NCBI GenBank assembly: GCA_965198115.1 | Contig: OZ240241.1 | Location: 608,001-672,000 of the forward strand | Source: Candidatus Latescibacterota bacterium | GTDB taxonomy: Bacteria; Latescibacterota; UBA2968 | Direction of reading: 5' to 3' | Length of the DNA stretch: 64,000 nucleotides | Shown: positions 14,475-27,136 of the stretch, one piece after another | Numbering within the stretch: position 1 is the first letter of the stretch | How the letters are laid out: every line of letters starts with the position of its first letter | Program-made: the position numbers and the translations under genes | Notes under the pieces: generated by a model | The model's database searches: none | Told to the model about the DNA's origin: nothing | The model's input: the letters and a program-made list of their open reading frames with translations, nothing else

Positions 14475-14750
14475 ATGGGGATGGGAGAAGGTGAGAACAT
14501 AGGTGGCTATCATCGGCTGGCGGCCGCCGTCATCGTGGGTGCTGTGCAAGATTACACGGAGGCGAAGGTGACGATGGACGGTCGTCCCGGTTCGTCACGG
14601 ATCGTGGCAGAAGTAGACCGGCGGAGTGCGGAGCGTTTCCTGAAAGGTCGCGGGCTCGACTTCTGGGCTGTCGCGGCCGGCGTGGAGGCACAGGCGCTAC
14701 GGGAAAGAGTACTTTGTCCTGAAGCCGTCTCTGAGACTGGGCATGCTTGA
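14475..14750 (+). CDS. Hypothetical protein
   Basis: RLAAAVIVGAVQDY...SAERFL resembles small phage-type proteins. Start uncertain. Confidence 0.4.
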   Translation: MGMGEGENIGGYHRLAAAVIVGAVQDYTEAKVTMDGRPGSSRIVAEVDRRSAERFLKGRGLDFWAVAAGVEAQALRERVLCPEAVSETGHA

Positions 14751-14853
14751 TTAGCGATCCCAGAGGAGTTTCTCTTTGCAGCGAAACATCTTCACTTTCG
14801 AGATCGGCGATCGTCATTGTGAGATATACATCTGCAGCCACTGCCTGACGCAT

Positions 14854-14949
14854 TTGCTGGGCGGGACGATCGGCGTGGAGAGCGAAGTCGGGAAGGGCAG
14901 CACGTTTACGGTGCGGGTGCCGGGGAGCTACCACCAGCCTAAAGCCTGA
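14854..14949 (+). pseudogene. Histidine kinase C-terminal relic
   Basis: LLGGTIGVESEVGKGSTFTVRVPGSYHQPKA*. Confidence 0.75.
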
Positions 14950-14963
14950 AGTCCCTGCTGTCT

Positions 14964-15959
14964 TCAGCGCACGTGGACCTCGATCACATCGCCGTCCTGG
15001 ACGACGTGATCGCGCTTGACCTGCTGGCCGTCATACTTTTCGGACCCCCAAATGCGGGCGAAGCGGAAGGTGAGAGCCAGGTCCTTGTGGACGGCTTCGG
15101 CCACGTCCAGGACCGTGCTTCCCCGGGGCAGGACGTAGGGACGGGAGTCGTCGACCGGTTTGCCGGGAGGCTTGGTGTAGACGCGCAGGACGTTCAGGGC
15201 GCCGAACAGGTGAAGAGGCAATTCGTCCACATAGCGGCCGGGCCTCACCGAGACCGGTAAGACGGTGAACTCGCTTCCACACGCGTCCATCAGGGAGGCG
15301 AGGCCGGCGTCCGCTCCCGGTGTCTCACACTTGGTGGCCAGGATCAGCGCGTGTTTGACGGCCACGGAAAGGTTGGGGCTTGTGGTCTCCCGGTTGCCGG
15401 CAAGGGTCAGGTGGTGGTCTTCGAGGATGGCGGCGACGTCGAAGACCTGCTCTTCGGGATCGGGACGGGAGAGGTCCACGACAAGGAGCACGAGGTCGAC
15501 ATTCCGGACGATGTTGAACACCCAGGGCTCTGTGTGCGCCGCCGAGATTGGGGGCAGATCCACGAGCTGGATCTGGGCATCCTCGTAGGCCATCATGCCG
15601 ACGGTGGGTCGGTAGGTGGTGAAGGGATAGTCTGCTACCTGCGCGTCGGCTGCGGTGGTGGCGGCCACGATGCTGGACTTGCCAGCGTTGGGTTCGCCTA
15701 CCAGAGCGACTTGGCCCGCGCCCTCCCGCTCGATGTGGTCCAGCGTCGCTGTCCGGCCCCCCTTCTTCTTCCCCTCCACGGCATCCTTGCGGTGCCCCGA
15801 CAGGCGACGGCGAAGGTCAGCTCGAAGATGGTCAGTGCCCTTGTGCTTGGGGATGATCGCAAGCATCTCTTCAAGGGCCTCGATCTTTGCATCGGGCGTG
15901 GTCGCCTCGCGGTAGCGGTCCTCGGCTCGATGGTAGTCCGGTGGAAGGTTGGCAGGCAC
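14964..15959 (-). CDS. DRG-type (Obg superfamily) GTPase with a TGS domain
   Basis: MPANLPP start (GTG), PKHKGT, GEPNAGKSS, YPFTT, C-terminal ARIWG...DHVVQDGDVIEVH. Confidence 0.9.
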   Translation of the reverse strand: MPANLPPDYHRAEDRYREATTPDAKIEALEEMLAIIPKHKGTDHLRADLRRRLSGHRKDAVEGKKKGGRTATLDHIEREGAGQVALVGEPNAGKSSIVAATTAADAQVADYPFTTYRPTVGMMAYEDAQIQLVDLPPISAAHTEPWVFNIVRNVDLVLLVVDLSRPDPEEQVFDVAAILEDHHLTLAGNRETTSPNLSVAVKHALILATKCETPGADAGLASLMDACGSEFTVLPVSVRPGRYVDELPLHLFGALNVLRVYTKPPGKPVDDSRPYVLPRGSTVLDVAEAVHKDLALTFRFARIWGSEKYDGQQVKRDHVVQDGDVIEVHVR

Positions 15960-16219
15960 GACGCGTTAGTTCCAGGTTGGGCGTAGATGATGGCGTGAGA
16001 TGGGGTAGGCGGAGACTTCACCCGAGACGGGGAATGCTTGGGGCCTGGGCACCGTGAGAGGCCCGGCATAAATAGTCTCATAGGTCGGGAGGTGCGTCAA
16101 GGTCGGATGAGGCGTGGAACATACGAGGAGGCGAGAAGCGCCACGAGCCTGGGGCTGGAGGCCCGAGGCAGAGGCAGCTTCGGTGGCCGAAGCCGACACG
16201 GGCAAAGACATCCTCCTCC

Positions 16220-16318
16220 GCGGAGCTGCTGGGCGGGACGATAGGCGTGGTGAACGAAGTCGAGAGGGGCAGCACGTTTACGGTGCGGGTGCCGGTGGAG
16301 TACACGGACACCACCTGA
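16220..16318 (+). pseudogene. Histidine kinase C-terminal relic
   Basis: AELLGGTIGVVNEVERGSTFTVRVPVEYTDTT*. Confidence 0.7.
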
Positions 16319-16538
16319 TTCCCCCGCGTTTGGACGCTGACACACCCAGACCCCACGTAGCCATAGGCAGACGACGCGAAGATTCCCTGACCAACTCTGG
16401 ACCCGCCAAGACGAACACTTCCGAAACCCCCACGTATCGACCCGAGAGCGACTGCCCCGGTATCACTTCAGCCTTCGCCTAATCCTCTCCATCAGCCACG
16501 CTTGCCCGCCGTTCCTCGCCATCGCATCTTGGGTTGCG

Positions 16539-18914
16539 ATGCGCGCCTATGCCACCATCCTCGCCCTGCTGCTGACGTTAGGCCCGTCCTAGGCCGTCGA
16601 GCCGACGCTCGCACGGCTGTCATTCTGGGTACCCGAACGGATGACCGAATTCGAAGCAGCGTACCAGAAGCGCGTGGTGCCCATTCTGCGACGACACAAT
16701 CTGGTGGAATTCTCAGGATCCGGACCGGCGGCTCTCGAATCCAGTTTAGCACGTTCATCTTTCATTCGTCTATTGGCGGTTGAATCGCCTGCCGAGTTCT
16801 TGGGTATTCGACGGGCACTTCTGTCCGATCCGGCGTTTCAGAAGGCCCGACGGGTCTTGGGGGCCATCTTTAACCCGTCGAGTTCTGATGGTCTGATCGA
16901 CGTGTACTTGGCAATCCACAGGTCGCCAGCAGGATCGGGCAAACAGGTTGTTGCTGGATCGGGACAGGGGCATTGGCGCACGTACGGTATACCCGACGGC
17001 CTGCCTCACAATAGGGTGAGTTCGATTGTTCAGGATCGCGAAGGGGCGCTCTGGTTCGGCACCGAGGGGGCCGGTGTATGTCGGTACGATGGGGACACTT
17101 ATACCACCTTCACTGAACAAGATGGATTGGCCAACAATAGGGTACGTGCGGTTTTCCAGGATCGAGAGGGTGCGCTCTGGTTCGGTACCTCGAACGGTGT
17201 GAACCGGTATGATGGAGAGCGGTTTACCATTTTCAACCGCCGAGATGGACTGGCACAGTTTGATATACAGTCGATTTACCAAGATCGAAAGGGGACACTC
17301 TGGTTTGGTCACTTCGGCCATGGAGTAACCCGCTATGATGGTGAGACTTTTGCCATCTTGAACCATATCGACGGACTGGCTTCGGGGGATGTATGGTCGA
17401 TTTTCCAGGATCGAGAGGGAGCGCTCTGGTTCGGCACCAAGGGTGGTGTGAGTCGGTACGATGGGGAGAGTATTGTCTCCTTCACGACTGAAGATGGCCT
17501 GGCGCACAATGATGTTGGGTCGATCTGTCAGGATCGAGAGGGTGCCTTGTGGTTTGGAACCCGGGGTGGTGGGATCAGCCGGTACAATGGAAAGACCTTT
17601 ACCACGATCACGAGCCGAGATGGCCTGGCTCACAATGACGTATTGGCGATTCAACCGGATCAAGAGGGGTTGGTGTGGTGCGGCACGAATGGCGGGGGCG
17701 TGACCCGCTATCGTCCGCCTACACCGGTACCGCCGCCCGTGTCTATTGATGCCGTCCTTGCAGATCGCCGGCATGAACGCGTGTCCGAGATTGCCATACC
17801 ATCCACCGTGGCACTCACCACGTTCGAGTTCCACGGAACGAGCTTCAAGACCCGTCCGGAGGCGATGGTCTACCGCTATCGGTTGAAGGGGTATCAAGAG
17901 GACTGGAAAACCACACGTGAGCGCCGTATGGAATATCATTCTCTGCCGAGAGGAACCTACACCTTCCAGGTACAGGCGGTGGATAGGGACTTGGTGTATT
18001 CAGAGGCGCCTGCGACCGCGACGCTGACTGTGCACCTGCCCTATGAGCGGATCGGCTGGATGTCGGCGCTCGGGATTTCGATTCTGCTGATCGGATGGCA
18101 GTCGGTGCGCGTGATCCTGAGGGACAGGAGGCTGCAGGTGGCAAACGCGGAGCTATCTGCGGCGAACGAAGAAATCCGCCTTCAGACGGAAAGGAAGTCG
18201 GCGTTCTTCGCTTCGATGGCGCACGAGTTGCGAACCCCGATGAACGCCATTAAGGGATTCACGGGTCTGATCATGAGGAGAGCAGGGGATCATCTTCCCG
18301 AGCGTCAGCAGCAGAATCTTCAGAAGGTGGACCTGGCATCGGATCACCTACTCAACATCATCAACGATCTCATGGATCTCTCAAAGATCGAGGCCGGACA
18401 GATGGACGTCAACTTAGAGGACTTTGATGTGGCGTCCCTGGTTTCGCTCTGTCGCGATACGGTCAGCCCGCTCGCCGAGCAGAAGAATGGCCTTGAGTTA
18501 GTTCAAGATGTGAAACATGTCGGGCAGGTTCACACCGACCGCCAGCGGCTACAACAGGTGCTTATCAATCTGCTTTCAAACGCGATCAAGTTCACAGATT
18601 CCGGGAGGGTAACCGTCCGAGCGTTCAGAGAGGGCGTGGACCTTGTACTGGCGGTCGAGGACACCGGTCAAGGAATCCCATCAGACGAATTGCAGACGAT
18701 CTTTGAAGAATACCGCCAGGTGAAGGGACGGTCAGACAGCAGCGTCCAAAAGGGAACCGGTCTGGGCCTGTCGATTACGAAGAAGTTCGCGGAGCTGCTC
18801 GGCGGATCGATCAGCGTGGAGAGCGAGGTGGGTAAGGGCAGCACGTTTGCGGTAGGGTGCCGATGGAGTTTTCGATCCAGTCGGAGTAATACGCAGTCGG
18901 GTTCGCCTTACTAA
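16539..18914 (+). pseudogene. Sensor histidine kinase (beta-propeller Reg_prop repeats, Y_Y_Y, TM, HisKA, HATPase) with a nonsense codon in its signal peptide
   Basis: Repeated QDREGALWFGT, MAHELRTPMNAI, NLLSNAIKFT, GTGLGL. ATG 16539 and the signal peptide are cut by an in-frame TAG at 16590, so the open frame is 16641..18914. Probable frameshift in the last codons. Confidence 0.85.
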
Positions 18915-20179
18915 GTGCATGGTTTCATAAACATTATTACGTATGTCTTGAACATTATTTGTAGCTTATGTTCTCCTTCAAAAGGAGGAGAACAATGCCA
19001 AGACGTTCGCCTTATGTGGTGCTACTGTCTGAGAAGGAACGGGTCGACCTCGAGCGAATGGCTGGACAATATACGTTACCGTATTATCAAGTGATCCGAT
19101 CGAAAATCGTGCTTCTCGCCGCCGAGGGATTATCCAACAAGATTATCGCCCAACGGTTGGATGTCCCGCGTCCGATCGTAAGCAAATGGCGTAAGCGCTT
19201 TTTCGAAGAGCGTCTTTCGGGACTCGAAGATAGATCTCGTCCCGGGCGCCCGCCCGGTTTTCCCCCCCTCAGGTGGTCGTTCAGATCAAGGCGCTGGCGT
19301 GTGAACTACCGAGCGAGAGCGGGATACCGCTCTCGCGGTTCAGCTGTTCCGAGATTGCCGCCGAGGCAGTGCAAAGGGGCTTCGTTGCCAAGATCAGCGG
19401 CGCCACTGTCTGGCGCTGGTTGAACGAGGACGCGATTCGTCCTTGGTATCATCGCTCCTGGATTTTCCCACGGGACCCGGACTTCCAAACCAAAGCAGGT
19501 AGAGTCCTTGATCTGTATCACCGCCAATGGCAAGGAAAGCCTTTAGGGCCGAGGGAATATGTACTTTCTGCCGACGAAAAGACCAGTATTCAAGCACGAG
19601 CTCGCAAGCACGTTACCCTACCGCCAGCCTCGAACAGAGCGGCACGCGTTGAAACACGAATACGAGCGGAAAGGAGCCCTGGCCTATCTGGCTGCTCTCG
19701 ACGTGCACAATGGTCGAATCTTCGGTCTCTGTGAGTCTTCTTCGGGTATCGAGCCCTTCAACCGGCTCCTGAGCCTGATCATGAGCCGGAAACCCTATTG
19801 CTCGGCAAAGAAAGTCTACCTCATCGTGGATAATGGCTCCTCGCACCGAGGGCAAACATGCATCGACCGTATCCAGGGGAAGTGGCCAAACATCCACCCC
19901 GTTCACCTTCCGATCCACGCAAGCTGGCTCAATCAGATCGAGATCTACTTCTCGATCCTCAAACGCAAGGCTCTGACACCTATCGAATTTGCATCGCTCG
20001 AAGAGCTTGAGGCAAGAATCCTCGGTTTTCAGGAACGCTACGGACGTATCGCCACACCCTTCAAATGGAAGTTCACACGAACAGATCTCGCGGAGATGAT
20101 CGACAAACTCAGGTTCTACGATACGCCCTTGGCAAAGTCTGCTTAGAATACGTAACCGTATTTGAGAACAGGAGTACTA
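18912..20179 (+). mobile_element. IS630-family element
   Basis: HTH ORF 18995.., TTTTCCCCCCC frameshift site at about 19258-19268, SADEKTSIQAR, IVDNGSSH, HASWLNQIEIYFS, TA-bounded imperfect IRs, extra frameshift near 19652. Confidence 0.9.
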
Positions 20180-20195
20180 AGTGGAAATGGGAGGG

Positions 20196-20370
20196 TGAAT
20201 CGCCCCGGGTATTCCGGAGGCTCGGTTAGTTGAGTACAGCCACCATTGGATGGTCATTCCGTTGCTTGTAGTGCCGCTGTTCGAACTCGATGGGTGGGAT
20301 GTCGCCGATGGGCTCCAGGAGTCTTCTGTTGTTGTCCCGGTCCACCCATTCGAGCGTGGCGAACTCGGTG
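20196..20370 (-). mobile_element. IS3-family right-end remnant
   Basis: EFATLEWVD...RRLLEPIGDIPPIEFE and terminal tgaatcgccccgg. Confidence 0.75.
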
Positions 20371-20499
20371 TTGTCTTGGCGTCAACCACGCCCAGCATCC
20401 GACAAACAAGCTGCCACATCTCCGACTCGCCCGAAACTTGCGCCCCTACCCGGACCCAGATGCCCTTGCCACTGGAGGAAAGAACCCCGTTTATTCTTC

Positions 20500-23201
20500 C
20501 TATTCGCATCCGTTTTTCACGAAGCGAATTCCTTTCGCTCTTTCGGTGCTCAGCGTGAAACCGGTGACCTCGCCCTGTCCATTCCTGCCGAATACGAATT
20601 CCCTGTCTCCCACTCTGAATGTGTCTCTTTCTACGAATCTTAATGGATTCTCCGGTGCGTTCTGCTGCCTGAGAAAAATCCCGCGACCCTCGATCACCAG
20701 GCTGCAGGCTGAACGCAGTTCATCACTGTAGTACTCTCCTTCGAATTCCGTCGGTTCAAAATCGTGGAGAAGATACATATGCGCGATCCGGGTCGTGGAC
20801 ATGGGGGGATTCATTCCGCTGTGATTGCACAGGCAGATAACCGTAAAATGCTGCTTGGGGAAGTGGATCATCTGCGCCTGAAAGCCCAGCATGCTTCCCG
20901 CGTGATGGACCGTTTTCAGCCCCCTGTATTCCCCCACGAGGAGGCCGCACGCACATTTGAGCTGTTCGCCACTGTTCAACTTGCCGCACGTGAGTATCTG
21001 GGAGATAAACTCGCTGTCGAACAGCTTGCCGCCGTGAAAGCCCTGATCCCAGCGGTAGAGGTCTTCGACAGTGGTCAACAGACCACCGTCCCCTACCACC
21101 CTGAGATTCTTGGCATAACTTTGAAAGCCACCATCCTCCCCCGGCCTGTAGCTGATCACCCGATCCTTGCAGGGCGTGAGATCGTCGTCGAAAAAAGTGT
21201 CGTGCATCCGCAAGGGTTTGAAAATGGCTCTATCCGGGTTTCTCAACGGTGAAACTATAGAATGACAAGGTCATAGATCGTTCCCTACGCTTGGTTGTGT
21301 GTGTAGGACAATCAAAGCGAAGGGGGTGCGACCTATGACCGGGAGCAGATTACTATCGAAACTGCTGAGATTCAAGGGGTTCCGTGTTGTCAGCTGGTGG
21401 TTTGAGGGGAGAAGCTGTTTCGTCATCGCCGTAAAGCCACATAAGAATGGTTGTTGTTGTCCGGAGTGCGGCCGTCGAGGTAAAATCGTCCGCACAATGC
21501 CCATCCGCGTCGGTGGCGTGACATTCCGGTGTGCGGGTGGAGGGTCTGGCTTCTCTACCATCCTCGGGAGATTCGGTGTCCTACCCACGGTCGTGTGGTC
21601 GAGGAGATTCCGTGGGCGGAGCGGTTCTCTCGGGTGACGTATCGCTTCGAGTATGCCATGCTGCGCTACTGCCAGACCATGACGCAGAAGGCGGCGTCCG
21701 AGTTACTGCGCATCTCTGCCTCGACGCTGTCGGATCTCCTTCACCGATCCATCACGCGGCTTCGTGAAGGTCATCGTATCCGAGGGCTCAAAACCATCGG
21801 GATCGACGAGATCTCCTACGCCAAGCGTCACAGGTACGCCACGCTCGTTTACGATCTGGACCGCTCCTGCGTGGTGTGGGTTGGCCGCGGCAGGGCGCGT
21901 AAAACGATCGATCGGTTCTTCACAGAGGCTCTCAGTCCCTACCGGAGATCCAAGATCGAGTGGGGCCTGCTGCGACATGAGCGAAGCTTGAAGCTTACAT
22001 CGGAGCCATCCAGGAACACTGTCCGAATGCCAAGCTGGTCCTCGATCGCTTTCACATCGTCAAGGCTCTCAATGCCGCCGTTGACGAGGTCCGTAAGGAC
22101 CAGTGGCGTAAAGCTGCCCCGGATGAGCGCAAAGCCATGAAGGGCCTCCGATGGCTCCTCTACCGGCACTCAGCGACACGCTCCAGAGGGGATACTCGGA
22201 CACTCAAAGCACTGGAGAAGGCGAACTACCGAATCTATAGAGCCTGGAGACTCAAGGACGAGTTCGAGCAGTTCTGGGAATACAAAGCGCCCTGGGCTGC
22301 CGAACGCTTCCTGAAATGCTGGACGACGTCCGCACTCAGAAGTCGACTTGAACCCCTGCGAAAGTTCGTCAGGACCCTGCGACAGCACTTCTTCGGCGTC
22401 CTCGCATTCGTGAACACGCGTCTTACCAACGCCATCGCCGAAGGCCTCAACCGAATCGTCCAAATCGTCAAGAACCGAGCCAGCGGATTCCGCACACTCG
22501 ACGCATTACGATATGATCTTCCTTACCGTCGGAGACATAAACATCCCTGAGCAGATTCCGAAGAGGTTCCGCACACTCTAACCGCGCCCCCATGCCAGGA
22601 ACCACGGCACCTTCACCCACTTCATCTCGTTGAGAGATCCGGATATAGCCTTGAAAATGGCCTCTTCAGCGAATTCGCGAAGCGATTTCCCGCTCACGCG
22701 GCCGACAATCTCTGCCAACAGGATGTATCCCGAGTTGCTGTATAGATGCCTCTCTCCAGGCGAGAAATTCAGGGCTTTCTGGCGAGACAGGATCTCGATG
22801 GCGTCTTCATTCCCAAAACTCTCCTCCTGGCTCCGACCTGCCAGGCTGAACAGATCGAGATAGTCTCGGATTCCGCTGGTGTGATGAATCAGATGCCGGA
22901 TCGTGATCGGGCGCTCATACAGGGGAACTTCCGGTACATATTCACGTAGGTCGTCATCGAGCGAGAGGTCTCCTCGTTGAGCAAGGAGCACGATGCTTGC
23001 CGCCGTGAACTGTTTTGATGTCGACGCGATGTAAAAGACTGACTTCGACGTGAGTGGAATACCGTTTTCCAGATCGGACATCCCATACCCACGTGTGTAA
23101 ATGAGCTTCCCATCCTGGATGATGCCGATGGCGCATCCGGGCGAGTCAGGCTTGTCCCATTCGGCAAAGAGTTCATCTACCTTGTCGGTCAGCGATTTCA
23201 T
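20500..23201 (-). pseudogene. Serine hydrolase (beta-lactamase class C/PBP-like) interrupted by ISL3
   Basis: N-half ASTSKQFTA, HHTSG, YSNSGY (22651..23201) and C-half GDGGLLTTVEDL...HAGS (20500..21225) rejoin at AIFK/PL. Confidence 0.9.
21226..22650 (+). mobile_element. ISL3-family element, frameshifted copy
   Basis: IRs ggctctatccgg / ccggatatagcc, 8-bp target duplication ttgaaaat (21218-21225 and 22651-22658), near-identical to 25717..27136. Confidence 0.95.
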
Positions 23202-23264
23202 TCAGTCTCCATCAAAGGTGTGCATGATGATGAGCCTAGACAGGATTCTGAGTTGGTTCGATGC

Positions 23265-24178
23265 TCAGTAATCTCTGAGGCCGCCGTCCGGGGCAATCAG
23301 CGGCGGGCGTTCGTAGGGCACCGGGGGATGGTGTTCGAACGCCTCTTCATTCAGTTCAATCCCAATGCCCGGTGCGTCGGGAACCATTAGATACCCGCCT
23401 TCGCGTTTGAGCGGCTCCTTCACGAGATCCCGCTTGGGATTTCGATCTTCATCCCAGGGATATTCCTGGATAGAGATGTTATGCACCGCCGCATCAATCT
23501 GCACGCACGCCGCTGTCAGCACGCAGCTCAGTGGGTTGTGGGGCGCCACCCCGACATAATGGGCCTCTGCCAGGGCGGCGATCTTTTTCACATTGGTTAT
23601 GCCACCGGCAAGGGACAGGTCGGGTCGCACATATGCAGCGCCCTGGTGATTCAGTAGATCCTGAAACTGGTAGATCGTATACAACCGTTCGCCCATCGCG
23701 AGCGGCACGGGCATATTGGCCGCCACATACGCCCACGCGTCCATATTCTCGGGTTCGATCGGGTCTTCAAAAAAATACAATCGGTAGGGTTCCAATGCCC
23801 GTCCCACGGCAATCGCCTCTGCGGGGCTGAGCCGGTTCACCACGTCAATCATAACATCCACATCCGGTCCCACCGCCTCCCGAACCGCCGCCACCCGTTC
23901 CTCGGCGTTGCGGATCATCGTCCCGTAACGCATGCCTTCCAGCCCGCGCCCTTCCTCAAAATCGGACGCGCCGAAATCCCCAAACGGATATAAACGAACA
24001 GCCGTGAATCCCTCTTCCACACACGCAACCGTCCGTTCTGCTAGCGCCTCGGGCGTGTCGCCTCCCAGATGGGTGTAGAGCCGTACTTTCTCACGTGTTG
24101 GCCCCCCGATGAGTTCGTAGACTGGCTTGCCCAGGGCTTTGCCTTTGACATCCCACAGTGCAATATCCAACGCTCCGA
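23265..24178 (-). pseudogene. Mandelate racemase/galactonate dehydratase-like enolase, N-terminus lost
   Basis: DIALWDVKGKALGKPVYELIGG, FFEDP, GERL, RPD, PHN. The 5' end abuts IS256. Confidence 0.85.
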
Positions 24179-25552
24179 GAGTTCAGGTCAATAGGTGTGT
24201 AAAAGAAATCAGGCGGCCATCTTCCCGGTTTCGACCTGCGGTCCGGTTGAGTGTTTCTGATCGTAGACTTGTTGTAGCAAGTGTGGCGCGGTGAGTTTCC
24301 TGAATCGGCTCTCTGCGACCTTGAGCGTACGCCAGATGAGAGTCGTGGCGTTCCTGACTTTCTTGAATCGCCTGGCGGCGTTTGTGCGAAGCCGAACGGA
24401 AGCAAAGGGGCTCTCGACGACGTTCGTGGTTCTCAGGTGTTTCCAGTGTTCCTTCGGGAAGTCGTAGAACGTGACCATCCGATCCCAGTTTCTTTCGAGC
24501 GTCTCCACGGCGGCAGGGAACTGTGAGCGATACCGTGCGGCAAAGCGTTTCCGGAGCTTCTCGGCCTCCTTTTTCGTGCCGGCATAGGGGATCTGGACGA
24601 GCAGTGCGCGGGCTTCAGCCTGTGCACGCTTGGCGACCTTGTCGAGCACGTTGAGGATCTTGTGGTTCCAGCACCGTTGTTGCCGGCTCTCTGGCCAGAC
24701 CTGATCAACGGCCGCCCAGATGCCCATATTCCCGTCCGCGGCGATCAGGACAGGATGTTCGAGCCCGCGATCCCGGAGATCCCGGAGCACCGTGAGCCAG
24801 GATTCTGTAGACTCTCGATAACCGGGTTCTATCGCCAGGATCTCCTTGCTGCCGTCGCTCATCGCGCCGATCACGACCAGCAGACACGCCTTCTCGCGCT
24901 CGAGCCCGGCTTTGACGTAGATGCCATCAGCCCAGGCGTAGACCAGTTCGCGATTATCCAGACGCCTTTCTTTCCAGTCCTGGAAGTCGACCTCCCACTT
25001 CCCTCGAAGACGAGCGATCGAGGTCGGCGAAAGCGGCGCGCCATCACCGAGCAGCGCACGCAAAGACAACTCGAAGTCGCCCTGGGAGAGACCGTGGAGA
25101 TAAAGGTCGGGAAGCAGATCTCCAATGGCCCTGGTTCTCCGGGCGAACAGGGGGAGGATGCGGCTTTCAAACCGCTCTTCCAGACCACGAACCCGGGGAC
25201 GCCGGACCTTGATCGTTCCGCAGCTCGTCGAGAGACGCCGGGGCTTGCCGTAGCCGTTCCTGTAGCCCGTGGAGCTATCGACCTCGGCTCGGCGCTCATA
25301 CCACGACCGGCCCAAGAACGCGGTCGCCTCCTCCTCCAGAATGGACTGGAACCGGCCCTGGATCTCTTCACGGATCCAATCGTCAACCGTCTCCCACGTC
25401 GGCATGGACTTCAATGGGGCTCTATGCGTATGTTCCTTCACGGCGATCCTCCTTCCCAACCGGGCCTCTCACCCGGTTTTGTGTGAATCAACTATCTCAC
25501 GGGAAGGGTAGGGTCGCCCTTTCTCTTTTTCCACACCTTTTGATTATAGCTC
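24179..25552 (-). mobile_element. IS256-family element with intact transposase (24209..25459)
   Basis: YRNGYGKPR, WADGIY, ADGNMG, QRCWNHK, RTTNVVES. IRs gagttcaggtcaataggtgtg / ccacaccttttgattatagctc, no target duplication visible. Confidence 0.92.
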
Positions 25553-25716
25553 GTCTTCCCCGACCCCTCTTCTTCGGCTGCACGGTCATTTTGCCTCGCT
25601 TTCTCGATCTTTTTGATTGATCAGGTGCTCGATCACGCGGTCCGCGAGGACCTTGAGTCAGAGCGTTCCGAAACCAAAAATGCTTACCGATGACGCCCTG
25701 GAGTCCCTTTGAAAAA

Positions 25717-27136
25717 GGCTCTATCCGGGTTTCTCAACGGTGAAACTATAGAATGACAAGGTCATAGATCGTTCCCTACGCTTGGTTGTGTGTGTAGGAC
25801 AATCAAAGCGAAGGGGGTGCGACCTATGACCGGGAGCAGATTACTATCGAAACTGCTGAGATTCAAGGGGTTCCGTGTTGTCAGCTGGTGGTTTGAGGGG
25901 AGAAGCTGCTTCGTCATCGCCGTAAAGCCACATAAGAATGGTTGTTGTTGTCCGGAGTGCGGCCGTCGAGGTAAAATCGTCCGCACAATGCCCCATCCGC
26001 GTCGGTGGCGTGACATTCCGGTGTGCGGGTGGAGGGTCTGGCTTCTCTACCATCCTCGGGAGATTCGGTGTCCTACCCACGGTCGTGTGGTCGAGGAGAT
26101 TCCGTGGGCGGAGCGGTTCTCTCGGGTGACGTATCGCTTCGAGTATGCCATGCTGCGCTACTGCCAGACCATGACGCAGAAGGCGGCGTCCGAGTTACTG
26201 CGCATCTCTGCCTCGACGCTGTCGGATCTCCTTCACCGATCCATCACGCGGCTTCGTGAAGGTCATCGTATCCGAGGGCTCAAAACCATCGGGATCGACG
26301 AGATCTCCTACGCCAAGCGTCACAGGTACGCCACGCTCGTTTACGATCTGGACCGCTCCTGCGTGGTGTGGGTTGGCCGCGGCAGGGCGCGTAAAACGAT
26401 CGATCGGTTCTTCACAGAGGCTCTCAGTCCCTACCGGAGATCCAAGATCGAGTGGGCCTGCTGCGACATGAGCGAAGCTTACATCGGAGCCATCCAGGAA
26501 CACTGTCCGAATGCCAAGCTGGTCCTCGATCGCTTTCACATCGTCAAGGCTCTCAATGCCGCCGTTGACGAGGTCCGTAAGGACCAGTGGCGTAAAGCTG
26601 CCCCGGATGAGCGCAAAGCCATGAAGGGCCTCCGATGGCTCCTCTACCGGCACTCAGCGACACGCTCCAGAGGGGATACTCGGACACTCAAAGCACTGGA
26701 GAAGGCGAACTACCGAATCTATAGAGCCTGGAGACTCAAGGACGAGTTCGAGCAGTTCTGGGAATACAAAGCGCCCTGGGCTGCCGAACGCTTCCTGAAA
26801 TGCTGGACGACGTCCGCACTCAGAAGTCGACGTGAACCCCTGCGAAAGTTCGTCAGGACCCTGCGACAGCACTTCTTCGGCGTCCTCGCATTCGTGAACA
26901 CGCGTCTTACCAACGCCATCGCCGAAGGCCTCAACCGAATCGTCCAAATCGTCAAGAACCGAGCCAGCGGATTCCGCACACTCGACGCATTCAACGATAT
27001 GATCTTCCTTACCGTCGGAGACATAAACATCCCTGAGCAGATTCCGAAGAGGTTCCGCACACGCTAACCGCGCCCCCATGCCAGGAACCACGGCACCTTC
27101 ACCCACTTCAGCTCGTTGAGAGATCCGGATATAGCC
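25717..27136 (+). mobile_element. ISL3-family element with intact transposase (25790/25826..27067)
   Basis: CPECG zinc finger, IGIDE, CDMS, DRFHI, TNAIAEGLN, target duplication ttgaaaaa (25709-25716 and 27137-27144). Confidence 0.95.

Noticed and set aside
16590-16592. In-frame TAG as stop-codon recoding or pyrrolysine
   Set aside because: TAG is a normal stop in many genes here, and a single TGG-to-TAG change or read error is simpler
16960-17710. Repeated QDREGALWFGT units as a novel repeat array
   Set aside because: Ordinary beta-propeller (Reg_prop) repeats of a sensor kinase
20169-20179. IS630 end (reverse complement tagtactcctg) matching part of the late-region repeat
   Set aside because: Only 10-11 bp and the rest of the IR does not match, so chance is plausible
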